From: Auanema rhodensis
Taxonomy: Eukaryota; Animalia; Nematoda
NCBI GenBank assembly: GCA_964057225.1
Contig: CAXKVF010000072.1
Coordinates: 1 to 64,000, forward strand
Reading direction: 5' to 3'
DNA length: 64,000 nucleotides
A program made the position numbers and the translations under genes. Below the pieces are notes generated by a model that had not been told where the DNA came from, searched no databases, and worked only from the letters and a program-made list of their open reading frames with translations. The first letter of the stretch is position 1; each line of letters starts with the position of its first letter. This document shows, piece by piece, positions 1 to 13,024 of this stretch.

Positions 1-3000
1 AATATGGACATGGGGAATCTAATTTTGAAAACCGCATCTCTTTATCTTTCACGTGGAGCGAGTTACATACCAAGTGCACATCACGTGTACATTTAATTAG
101 CATAAATTAAAGTTCACGTAAATTTCAAAGTCATGGTTACCATGCACCAATATCAATAAAAATTTGTTTTTAGACCTAATATGGACATGGGGAATCTAAT
201 TTTGAAAACCGCATCTCTTTATCTTTCACGTGAAGCGAGTTACATACCAAGTGCACATCACGTGTACATTTAATTAGCATAAATTAAAGTTCACGTAAAT
301 TTCAAAGTCATGGTTACCATGAACCAATATCAATAAAAATTTGTTTTTAGACTAATATGGACATGGGGAATCTAATTTTGAAAAACCGCATCTCTTTATC
401 TTTCACGTGAAGCGAGTTACATACCAAGTGCACATCACGTGTACATTTAATTAGCATAAATTAAAGTTCACGTAAATTTCAAAGTCATGGTTACCATGAA
501 CCAATATCAATAAAAATTTGTTTTTAGACTAATATGGACATGGGGAATCTAATTTTGAAAACCGCATCTCTTTATCTTTCACGTGAAGCGAGTTACATAC
601 CAAGTGCACATCACGTGTACATTTAATTAGCATAAATTAAAGTTCACGTAAAATTCAAAGTCATGGTTACCATGCACCAATATCAATAAAAATTTGTTTT
701 TAGACTAATATGGACATGGGGAATCTAATTTTGAAAACCGCATCTCTTTATCTTTCACGTGAAGCGAGTTACATACCAAGTGCACATCACGTGTACATTT
801 AATTAGCATAAATTAAAGTTCACGTAAATTTCAAAGTCATGGTTACCATGCACCAATATCAATAAAAATTTGTTTTTAGACTAATATGGACATGGGGAAT
901 CTAATTTTGAAAACCGCATCTCTTTATCTTTCACGTGAAGCGAGTTACATACCAAGTGCACATCACGTGTACATTTAATTAGCATAAATTAAAGTTCACG
1001 TAAATTTCAAAGTCATGGTTACCATGCACCAATATCAATAAAAATTTGTTTTTAGACTAATATGGACATGGGGAATCTAATTTTGAAAACCGCATCTCTT
1101 TATCTTTCACGTGAAGCGAGTTACATACCAAGTGCACATCACGTGTACATTTAATTAGCATAAATTAAAGTTCACGTAAATTTCAAAGTCATGGTTACCA
1201 TGAAGCAATATCAATAAAAATTTGTTTTTAGACTAATATGGACATGGGGAATCTAATTTTGAAAACCGCATCTCTTTATCTTTCACGTGAAGCGAGTTAC
1301 ATACCAAGTGCACATCACGTGTACATTTAATTAGCATAAATTAAAGTTCACGTAAACTTCAAAGTCATGGTTACCATGAACCAATATCAATAAAAATTTG
1401 TTTTTAGACTAATATGGACATGGGGAATCTAATTTTGAAAACCGCATCTCTTTATCTTTCACGTGAAGCGAGTTACATACCAAGTGCACATCATGTGTAC
1501 ATTTAATTAGCATAAATTAAAGTTCACGTAAATTTCAAAGTCATGGTTACCATGCACCAATATCAATAAAAATTTGTTTTTAGACTAATATGGACATGGG
1601 GAATCTAATTTTGAAAACCGCATCTCTTTATCTTTCACGTGAAGCGAGTTACATACCAAGTGCACATCACGTGTACATTTAATTAGCATAAATTAAAGTT
1701 CACGTAAATTTCAAAGTCATGGTTACCATGCACCAATATCAATAAAAATTTGTTTTTAGACTAATATGGACATGGGGAATCTAATTTTGAAAACCGCATC
1801 TCTTTATCTTTCACGTGAAGCGAGTTACATACCAAGTGCACATCACGTGTACATTTAATTAGCATAAATTAAAGTTCACGTAAATTTCAAAGTCATGGTT
1901 ACCATGCACCAATATCAATAAAAATTTGTTTTTAGACTAATATGGACATGGGGAATCTAATTTTGAAAACCGCATCTCTTTATCTTTCACGTGAAGCGAG
2001 TTACATACCAAGTGCACATCACGTGTACATTTAATTAGCATAAATTAAAGTTCACGTAAATTTCAAAGTCATGGTTACCATGAACCAATATCAATAAAAA
2101 TTTGTTTTTAGACTAATATGGACATGGGGAATCTAATTTTGAAAACCGCATCTCTTTATCTTTCACGTGAAGCGAGTTACATACCAAGTGCACATCACGT
2201 GTACATTTAATTAGCATAAATTAAAGTTCACGTAAATTTCAAAGTCATGGTTACCATGAACCAATATCAATAAAAATTTGTTTTTAGACTAATATGGACA
2301 TGGGGAATCTAATTTTGAAAACCGCATCTCTTTATCTTTCACGTGAAGCGAGTTACATACCAAGTGCACATCACGTGTACATTTAATTAGCATAAATTAA
2401 AGTTCACGTAAACTTCAAAGTCATGGTTACCATGAAGCAATATCAATAAAAATTTGTTTTTAGACTAGTATGGACATGGGGAATCTAATTTTGAAAACCG
2501 CATCTCTTTATCTTTCACGTGAAGCGAGTTACATACCAAGTGCACATCACGTGTACATTTAATTAGCATAAATTAAAGTTCACGTAAATTTCAAAGTCAT
2601 GGTTACCATGAAGCAATATCAATAAAAATTTGTTTTTAGACTAATATGGACATGGGGAATCTAATTTTGAAAACCGCATCTCTTTATCTTTCACGTGAAG
2701 CGAGTTACATACCAAGTGCACATCACGTGTACATTTAATTAGCATAAATTAAAGTTCACGTAAATTTCAAAGTCATGGTTACCATGAACCAATATCAATA
2801 AAAATTTGTTTTTAGACTAATATGGACATGGGGAATCTAATTTTGAAAACCGCATCTCTTTATCTTTCACGTGAAGCGAGTTACATACCAAGTGCACATC
2901 ACGTGTACATTTAATTAGCATAAATTAAAGTTCACGTAAATTTCAAAGTCATGGTTACCATGAACCAATATCAATAAAAATTTGTTTTTAGACTAATATG

Positions 3001-6000
3001 GACATGGGGAATCTAATTTTGAAAACCGCATCTCTTTATCTTTCACGTGAAGCGAGTTACATACCAAGTGCACATCACGTGTACATTTAATTAGCATAAA
3101 TTAAAGTTCACGTAAATTTCAAAGTCATGGTTACCATGAACCAATATCAATAAAAATTTGTTTTTAGACTAATATGGACATGGGGAATCTAATTTTGAAA
3201 ACCGCATCTCTTTATCTTTCACGTGAAGCGAGTTACATACCAAGTGCACATCACGTGTACATTTAATTAGCATAAATTAAAGTTCACGTAAATTTCAAAG
3301 TCATGGTTACCATGCACCAATATCAATAAAAATTTGTTTTTAGACTAATATGGACATGGGGAATCTAATTTTGAAAACCGCATCTCTTTATCTTTCACGT
3401 GAAGCGAGTTACATACCAAGTGCACATCACGTGTACATTTAATTAGCATAAATTAAAGTTCACGTAAATTTCAAAGTCATGGTTACCGTGAAGCAATATC
3501 AATAAAAATTTGTTTTTAGACTAATATGGACATGGGGAATCTAATTTTGAAAACCGCATCTCTTTATCTTTCACGTGAAGCGAGTTACATACCAAGTGCA
3601 CATCACGTGTACATTTAATTAGCATAAATTAAAGTTCACGTAAATTTCAAAGTCATGGTTACCATGAACCAATATCAATAAAAATTTGTTTTTAGACTAA
3701 TATGGACATGGGGAATCTAATTTTGAAAACCGCATCTCTTTATCTTTCACGTGAAGCGAGTTACATACCAAGTGCACATCACGTGTACATTTAATTAGCA
3801 TAAATTAAAGTTCACGTAAATTTCAAAGTCATGGTTACCATGCACCAATATCAATAAAAATTTGTTTTTAGACTAATATGGACATGGGAAATCTAATTTT
3901 GAAAACCGCATCTCTTTATCTTTCACGTGAAGCGAGTTACATACCAAGTGCACATCACGTGTACATTTAATTAGCATAAATTAAAGTTCACGTAAATTTC
4001 AAAGTCATGGTTACCATGAACCAATATCAATAAAAATTTGTTTTTAGACTAATATGGACATGGGGAATCTAATTTTGAAAACCGCATCTCTTTATCTTTC
4101 ACGTGAAGCGAGTTACATACCAAGTGCACATCACGTGTACATTTAATTAGCATAAATTAAAGTTCACGTAAATTTCAAAGTCATGGTTACCATGCACCAA
4201 TATCAATAAAAATTTGTTTTTAGACTAATATGGACATGGGGAATCTAATTTGAAAACCGCATCTCTTTATCTTTCACGTGAAGCGAGTTACATACCAAGT
4301 GCACATCACGTGTACATTTAATTAGCATAAATTAAAGTTCACGTAAATTTCAAAGTCATGGTTACCATGCACCAATATCAATAAAAATTTGTTTTTAGAC
4401 TAATATGGACATGGGGAATCTAATTTTGAAAACCGCATCTCTTTATCTTTCACGTGAAGCGAGTTACATACCAAGTGCACATCACGTGTACATTTAATTA
4501 GCATAAATTAAAGTTCACGTAAATTTCAAAGTCATGGTTACCATGAACCAATATCAATAAAAATTTGTTTTTAGACTAATATGGACATGGGGAATCTAAT
4601 TTTGAAAACCGCATCTCTTTATCTTTCACGTGAAGCGAGTTACATACCAAGTGCACATCACGTGTACATTTAATTAGCATAAATTAAAGTTCACGTAAAT
4701 TTCAAAGTCATGGTTACCATGAACCAATATCAATAAAAATTTGTTTTTAGACTAATATGGACATGGGGAATCTAATTTTGAAAACCGCATCTCTTTATCT
4801 TTCACGTGAAGCGAGTTACATACCAAGTGCACATCACGTGTACATTTAATTAGCATAAATTAAAGTTCACGTAAATTTCAAAGTCATGGTTACCATGAAC
4901 CAATATCAATAAAAATTTGTTTTTAGACTAATATGGACATGGGGAATCTAATTTTGAAAACCGCATCTCTTTATCTTTCACGTGAAGCGAGTTACATACC
5001 AAGTGCACATCACGTGTACATTTAATTAGCATAAATTAAAGTTCACGTAAATTTCAAAGTCATGGTTACCATGAACCAATATCAATAAAATTTGTTTTTA
5101 GACTAATATGGACATGGGGAATCTAATTTTGAAAACCGCATCTCTTTATCTTTCACGTGAAGCGAGTTACATACCAAGTGCACATCACGTGTACATTTAA
5201 TTAGCATAAATTAAAGTTCACGTAAATTTCAAAGTCATGGTTACCATGCACCAATATCAATAAAAATTTGTTTTTAGACTAATATGGACATGGGGAATCT
5301 AATTTTGAAAACCGCATCTCTTTATCTTTCACGTGAAGCGAGTTACATACCAAGTGCACATCACGTGTACATTTAATTAGCATAAATTAAAGTTCACGTA
5401 AATTTCAAAGTCATGGTTACCGTGAAGCAATATCAATAAAAATTTGTTTTTAGACTAATATGGACATGGGGAATCTAATTTTGAAAACCGCATCTCTTTA
5501 TCTTTCACGTGAAGCGAGTTACATACCAAGTGCACATCACGTGTACATTTAATTAGCATAAATTAAAGTTCACGTAAATTTCAAAGTCATGGTTACCATG
5601 AACCAATATCAATAAAAATTTGTTTTTAGACTAATATGGACATGGGGAATCTAATTTTGAAAACCGCATCTCTTTATCTTTCACGTGAAGCGAGTTACAT
5701 ACCAAGTGCACATCACGTGTACATTTAATTAGCATAAATTAAAGTTCACGTAAATTTCAAAGTCATGGTTACCATGAACCAATATCAATAAAAATTTGTT
5801 TTTAGACTAATATGAACATGGGGAATCTAATTTTGAAAACCGCATCTCTTTATCTTTCACGTGAAGCGAGTTACATACCAAGTGCACATCACGTGTAAAT
5901 TTAATTAGCATAAATTAAAGTTCACGTAAAATTCAAAGTCATGGTTACCATGCACCAATATCAATAAAAATTTGTTTTTAGACTAATATGGACATGGGGA

Positions 6001-9000
6001 ATCTAATTTTGAAAACCGCATCTCTTTATCTTTCACGTGAAGCGAGTTACATACCAAGTGCACATCACGTGTACATTTAATTAGCATAAATTAAAGTTCA
6101 CGTAAATTTCAAAGTCATGGTTACCATGCACCAATATCAATAAAAATTTGTTTTTAGACTAATATGGACATGGGGAATCTAATTTTGAAAACCGCATCTC
6201 TTTATCTTTCACGTGGAGCGAGTTACATACCAAGTGCACATCACGTGTACATTTAATTAGCATAAATTAAAGTTCACGTAAATTTCAAAGTCATGGTTAC
6301 CATGCACCAATATCAATAAAAATTTGTTTTTAGACTAATATGGACATGGGGAATCTAATTTTGAAAACCGCATCTCTTTATCTTTCACGTGAAGCGAGTT
6401 ACATACCAAGTGCACATCACGTGTACATTTAATTAGCATAAATTAAAGTTCACGTAAATTTCAAAGTCATGGTTACCATGAAGCAATATCAATAAAAATT
6501 TGTTTTTAGACTAATATGGACATGGGGAATCTAATTTTGAAAACCGCATCTCTTTATCTTTCACGTGAAGCGAGTTACATACCAAGTGCACATCACGTGT
6601 ACATTTAATTAGCATAAATTAAAGTTCACGTAAATTTCAAAGTCATGGTTACCATGCACCAATATCAATAGAAATTTGTTTTTAGACTAATATGGACATG
6701 GGGAATCTAATTTTGAAAACCGCATCTCTTTATCTTTCACGTGAAGCGAGTTACATACCAAGTGCACATCACGTGTACATTTAATTAGCATAAATTAAAG
6801 TTCACGTAAATTTCAAAGTCATGGTTACCATGAAGCAATATCAATAAAAATTTGTTTTTAGACTAATATGGACATGGGGAATCTAATTTTGAAAACCGCA
6901 TCTCTTTATCTTTCACGTGAAGCGAGTTACATACCAAGTGCACATCACGTGTACATTTAATTAGCATAAATTAAAGTTCACGTAAATTTCAAAGTCATGG
7001 TTACCATGAAGCAATATCAATAAAAATTTGTTTTTAGACTAATATGGACATGGGGAATCTAATTTTGAAAACCGCATCTCTTTATCTTTCACGTGAAGCG
7101 AGTTACATACCAAGTGCACATCACGTGTACATTTAATTAGCATAAATTAAAGTTCACGTAAATTTCAAAGTCATGGTTACCATGAACCAATATCAATAAA
7201 AATTTGTTTTTAGACTAATATGGACATGGGGAATCTAATTTTGAAAACCGCATCTCTTTATCTTTCACGTGAAGCGAGTTACATACCAAGTGCACATCAC
7301 GTGTACATTTAATTAGCATAAATTAAAGTTCACGTAAATTTCAAAGTCATGGTTACCATGCACCAATATCAATAAAAATTTGTTTTTAGACTAATATGGA
7401 CATGGGAAATCTAATTTTGAAAACCGCATCTCTTTATCTTTCACGTGAAGCGAGTTACATACCAAGTGCACATCACGTGTACATTTAATTAGCATAAATT
7501 AAAGTTCGCGTAAATTTCAAAGTCATGGTTACCATGAACCAATATCAATAAAAATTTGTTTTTAGACTAATATGGACATGGGGAATCTAATTTTGAAAAC
7601 CGCATCTCTTTATCTTTCACGTGAAGCGAGTTACATACCAAGTGCACATCACGTGTACATTTAATTAGCATAAATTAAAGTTCACGTAAATTTCAAAGTC
7701 ATGGTTACCATGAACCAATATCAATAAAAATTTGTTTTTAGACTAATATGAACATGGGGAATCTAATTTTGAAAACCGCATCTCTTTATCTTTCACGTGA
7801 AGCGAGTTACATACCAAGTGCACATCACGTGTAAATTTAATTAGCATAAATTAAAGTTCACGTAAAATTCAAAGTCATGGTTACCATGCACCAATATCAA
7901 TAAAAATTTGTTTTTAGACTAATATGGACATGGGGAATCTAATTTTGAAAACCGCATCTCTTTATCTTTCACGTGAAGCGAGTTACATACCAAGTGCACA
8001 TCACGTGTACATTTAATTAGCATAAATTAAAGTTCACGTAAATTTCAAAGTCATGGTTACCATGCACCAATATCAATAAAAATTTATTTTTAGACTAATA
8101 TGGACATGGGGAATCTAATTTTGAAAACCGCATCTCTTTATCTTTCACGTGAAGCGAGTTACATACCAAGAGCACATCACGTGTACATTTAATTAGCATA
8201 AATTAAAGTTCACGTAAATTTCAAAGTCATGGTTACCATGCACCAATATCAATAAAAATTTGTTTTTAGACTAATATGGACATGGGGAATCTAATTTTGA
8301 AAACCGCATCTCTTTATCTTTCACGTGAAGCGAGTTACATACCAAGTGCACATCACGTGTACATTTAATTAGCATAAATTAAAGTTCACGTAAATTTCAA
8401 AGTCATGGTTACCATGAACCAATATCAATAAAAATTTGTTTTTAGACTAATATGGACATGGGGAATCTAATTTTGAAAACCGCATCTCTTTATCTTTCAC
8501 GTGAAGCGAGTTACATACCAAGTGCACATCACGTGTACATTTAATTAGCATAAATTAAAGTTCACGTAAAATTCAAAGTCATGGTTACCATGCACCAATA
8601 TCAATAAAAATTTGTTTTTAGAATAATATGGACATGGGGAATCTAATTTTGAAAACCGCATCTCTTTATCTTTCACGTGAAGCGAGTTACATACCAAGTG
8701 CACATCACGTGTACATTTAATTAGCATAAATTAAAGTTCACGTAAATTTCAAAGTCATGGTTACCATGCACCAATATCAATAAAAATTTGTTTTTAGACT
8801 AATATGGACATGGGGAATCTAATTTTGAAAACCGCATCTCTTTATCTTTCACGTGGAGCGAGTTACATACCAAGTGCACATCACGTGTACATTTAATTAG
8901 CATAAATTAAAGTTCACGTAAATTTCAAAGTCATGGTTACCATGCACCAATATCAATAAAAATTTGTTTTTAGACTAATATGGACATGGGGAATCTAATT

Positions 9001-10912
9001 TTGAAAACCGCATCTCTTTATCTTTCACGTGAAGCGAGTTACATACCAAGTGCACATCACGTGTACATTTAATTAGCATAAATTAAAGTTCACGTAAATT
9101 TCAAAGTCATGGTTACCATGCACCAATATCAATAAAAATTTGTTTTTAGACTAATATGGACATGGGGAATCTAATTTTGAAAACCGCATCTCTTTATCTT
9201 TCACGTGGAGCGAGTTACATACCAAGTGCACATCACGTGTACATTTAATTAGCATAAATTAAAGTTCACGTAAATTTCAAAGTCATGGTTACCATGAAGC
9301 AATATCAATAAAAATTTGTTTTTAGACTAATATGGACATGGGGAATCTAATTTTGAAAACCGCATCTCTTTATCTTTCACGTGAAGCGAGTTACATACCA
9401 AGTGCACATCACGTGTACATTTAATTAGCATAAATTAAAGTTCACGTAAATTTCAAAGTCATGGTTACCATAAACCAATATCAATAAAAATTTGTTTTTA
9501 GACTAATATGGACATGGGGAATCTAATTTTGAAAACCGCATCTCTTTATCTTTCACGTGAAGCGAGTTACATACCAAGTGCACATCACGTGTACATTTAA
9601 TTAGCATAAATTAAAGTTCACGTAAATTTCAAAGTCATGGTTACCATGCACCAATATCAATAGAAATTTGTTTTTAGACTAATATGGACATGGGGAATCT
9701 AATTTTGAAAACCGCATCTCTTTATCTTTCACGTGAAGCGAGTTACATACCAAGTGCACATCACGTGTACATTTAATTAGCATAAATTAAAGTTCACGTA
9801 AATTTCAAAGTCATGGTTACCATGAAGCAATATCAATAAAAATTTGTTTTTAGACTAATATGGACATGGGGAATATAATTTTGAAAACCGCATCTCTTTA
9901 TCTTTCACGTGAAGCGAGTTACATACCAAGTGCACATCACGTGTACATTTAATTAGCATAAATTAAAGTTCACGTAAATTTCAAAGTCATGGTTACCATG
10001 AACCAATATCAATAAAAATTTGTTTTTAGACTAATATGGACATGGGGAATCTAATTTTGAAAACCGCATCTCTCTATCTTTCACGTGAAGCGAGTTACAT
10101 ACCAAGTGCACATCACGTGTACATTTAATTAGCATAAATTAAAGTTCACGTAAATTTCAAAGTCATGGTTACCATGCACCAATATCAATAAAAATTTGTT
10201 TTTAGACTAATATGGACATGGGGAATCTAATTTTGAAAACCGCATCTCTTTATCTTTCACGTGAAGCGAGTTACATACCAAGTGCACATCACGTGTACAT
10301 TTAATTAGCATAAATTAAAGTTTACGTAAATTTCAAAGTCATGGTTACCATGCACCAATATCAATAAAAATTTGTTTTTAGACTAATATGGACATGGGGA
10401 ATCTAATTTTGAAAACCGCATCTCTTTATCTTTCACGTGGAGCGAGTTACATACCAAGTGCACATCCCGTGTACATTTAATTAGCATAAATTAAAGTTCA
10501 CGTAAATTTCAAAGTCATGGTTACCATGAAGCAATATCAATAAAAATTTGTTTTTAGACTAATATGGACATGGGGAATCTAATTTTGAAAACCGCATCTC
10601 TTTATCTTTCACGTGAAGCGAGTTACATACCAAGTGCACATCACGTGTACATTTAATTAGCATAAATTAAAGTTCACGTAAATTTCAAAGTCATGGTTAC
10701 CATGAACCAATATCAATAAAAATTTGTTTTTAGACTAATATGGACATGGGGAATCTAATTTTGAAAACCGCATCTCTTTATCTTTCACGTGAAGCGAGTT
10801 ACATACCAAGTGCACATCACGTGTACATTTAATTAGCATAAATTAAAGTTCACGTAAATTTCAAAGTCATGGTTACCATGCACCAATATCAATAAAAATT
10901 TGTTTTTAGACT

Positions 10913-13024
10913 AATATGGACATGGGGAATCTAATTTTGAAAACCGCATCTCTTTATCTTTCACGTGAAGCGAGTTACATACCAAGTGCACATCACGTGT
11001 ACATTTAATTAGCATAAATTAAAGTTCACGTAAATTTCAAAGTCATGGTTACCATGCACCAATATCAATAAAAATTTGTTTTTAGACTAATATGGACATG
11101 GGGAATCTAATTTTGAAAACCGCATCTCTTTATCTTTCACGTGAAGCGAGTTACATACCAAGTGCACATCACGTGTACATTTAATTAGCATAAATTAAAG
11201 TTCACGTAAATTTCAAAGTCATGGTTACCATGCACCAATATCAATAAAAATTTGTTTTTAGACTAATATGGACATGGGGAATCTAATTTTGAAAACCGCA
11301 TCTCTTTATCTTTCACGTGAAGCGAGTTACATACCAAGTGCACATCACGTGTACATTTAATTAGCATAAATTAAAGTTCACGTAAATTTCAAAGTCATGG
11401 TTACCATGAACCAATATCAATAAAAATTTGTTTTTAGACTAATATGGACATGGGGAATCTAATTTTGAAAACCGCATCTCTTTATCTTTCACGTGAAGCG
11501 AGTTACATACCAAGTGCACATCACGTGTACATTTAATTAGCATAAATTAAAGTTTACGTAAATTTCAAAGTCATGGTTACCATGAAGCAATATCAATAAA
11601 AATTTGTTTTTAGACTAATATGGACATGGGGAATCTAATTTTGAAAACCGCATCTCTTTATCTTTCACGTGAAGCGAGTTACATACCAAGTGCACATCAC
11701 GTGTACATTTAATTAGCATAAATTAAAGTTTACGTAAATTTCAAAGTCATGGTTACCATGAACCAATATCAATAAAAATTTGTTTTTAGACTAATATGGA
11801 CATGGGGAATCTAATTTTGAAAACCGCATCTCTTTATCTTTCACGTGAAGCGAGTTACATACCAAGTGCACATCACGTGTACATTTAATTAGCATAAATT
11901 AAAGTTCACGTAAATTTCAAAGTCATGGTTACCATGAAGCAATATCAATAAAAATTTGTTTTTAGACTAATATGGACATGGGGAATCTAATTTTGAAAAC
12001 CGCATCTCTTTATCTTTCACGTGAAGCGAGTTACATACCAAGTGCACATCACGTGTACATTTAATTAGCATAAATTAAAGTTCACGTAAATTTCAAAGTC
12101 ATGGTTACCATGCACCAATATCAATAAAAATTTGTTTTTAGACTAATATGGACATGGGGAATCTAATTTTGAAAACCGCATCTCTTTATCTTTCACGTGA
12201 AGCGAGTTACATACCAAGTGCACATCACGTGTACATTTAATTAGCATAAATTAAAGTTCACGTAAATTTCAAAGTCATGGTTACCATGCACCAATATCAA
12301 TAAAAATTTGTTTTTAGACTAATATGGACATGGGGAATCTAATTTTGAAAACCGCATCTCTTTATCTTTCACGTGAAGCGAGTTACATACCAAGTGCACA
12401 TCACGTGTACATTTAATTAGCATAAATTAAAGTTCACGTAAATTTCAAAGTCATGGTTACCATGAACCAATATCAATAAAAATTTGTTTTTAGACTAATA
12501 TGGACATGGGGAATCTAATTTTGAAAACCGCATCTCTTTATCTTTCACGTGAAGCGAGTTACATACCAAGTGCACATCACGTGTACATTTAATTAGCATA
12601 AATTAAAGTTTACGTAAATTTCAAAGTCATGGTTACCATGAACCAATATCAATAAAAATTTGTTTTTAGACTAATATGGACATGGGGAATCTAATTTTGA
12701 AAACCGCATCTCTTTATCTTTCACGTGAAGCGAGTTACATACCAAGTGCACATCACGTGTACATTTAATTAGCATAAATTAAAGTTTACGTAAATTTCAA
12801 AGTCATGGTTACCATGAACCAATATCAATAAAAATTTGTTTTTAGACTAATATGGACATGGGGAATCTAATTTTGAAAACCGCATCTCTTTATCTTTCAC
12901 GTGAAGCGAGTTACATACCAAGTGCACATCACGTGTACATTTAATTAGCATAAATTAAAGTTCACGTAAATTTCAAAGTCATGGTTACCATGAAGCAATA
13001 TCAATAAAAATTTGTTTTTAGACT
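10913..13024 (+). repeat. Local 6-monomer (1056-bp) tandem duplication
   Basis: A pair of AGTTTACG monomers at 11441/11617 recurs at 12497/12673. The order of pos-145/147 alleles matches in 5 of 6 monomers. Confidence 0.7.

Noticed and set aside
531-706. CENP-B box or identity with alpha satellite, Arabidopsis CEN178 or Brassica CentBr (176 bp)
   Set aside because: There is no TTCG....A..CGGG motif on either strand. The similarity to those families is in length only, as far as I can recall their sequences.
531-706. Promoter, poly(A) signal (AATAAA at pos 155-160) or terminator-like hairpin calls
   Set aside because: Such short AT-rich motifs are expected by chance at 68% AT, and there is no associated gene or transcript evidence.
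8545-8727. 60-aa minus-strand ORF (MLIKCTRDVH...)
   Set aside because: It is satellite sequence. It passes the length cutoff only because a private C>A at 8623 turns the minus-strand TAG found in other monomers into TAT. The 176-bp unit is not a multiple of 3, and I recognise no protein family.
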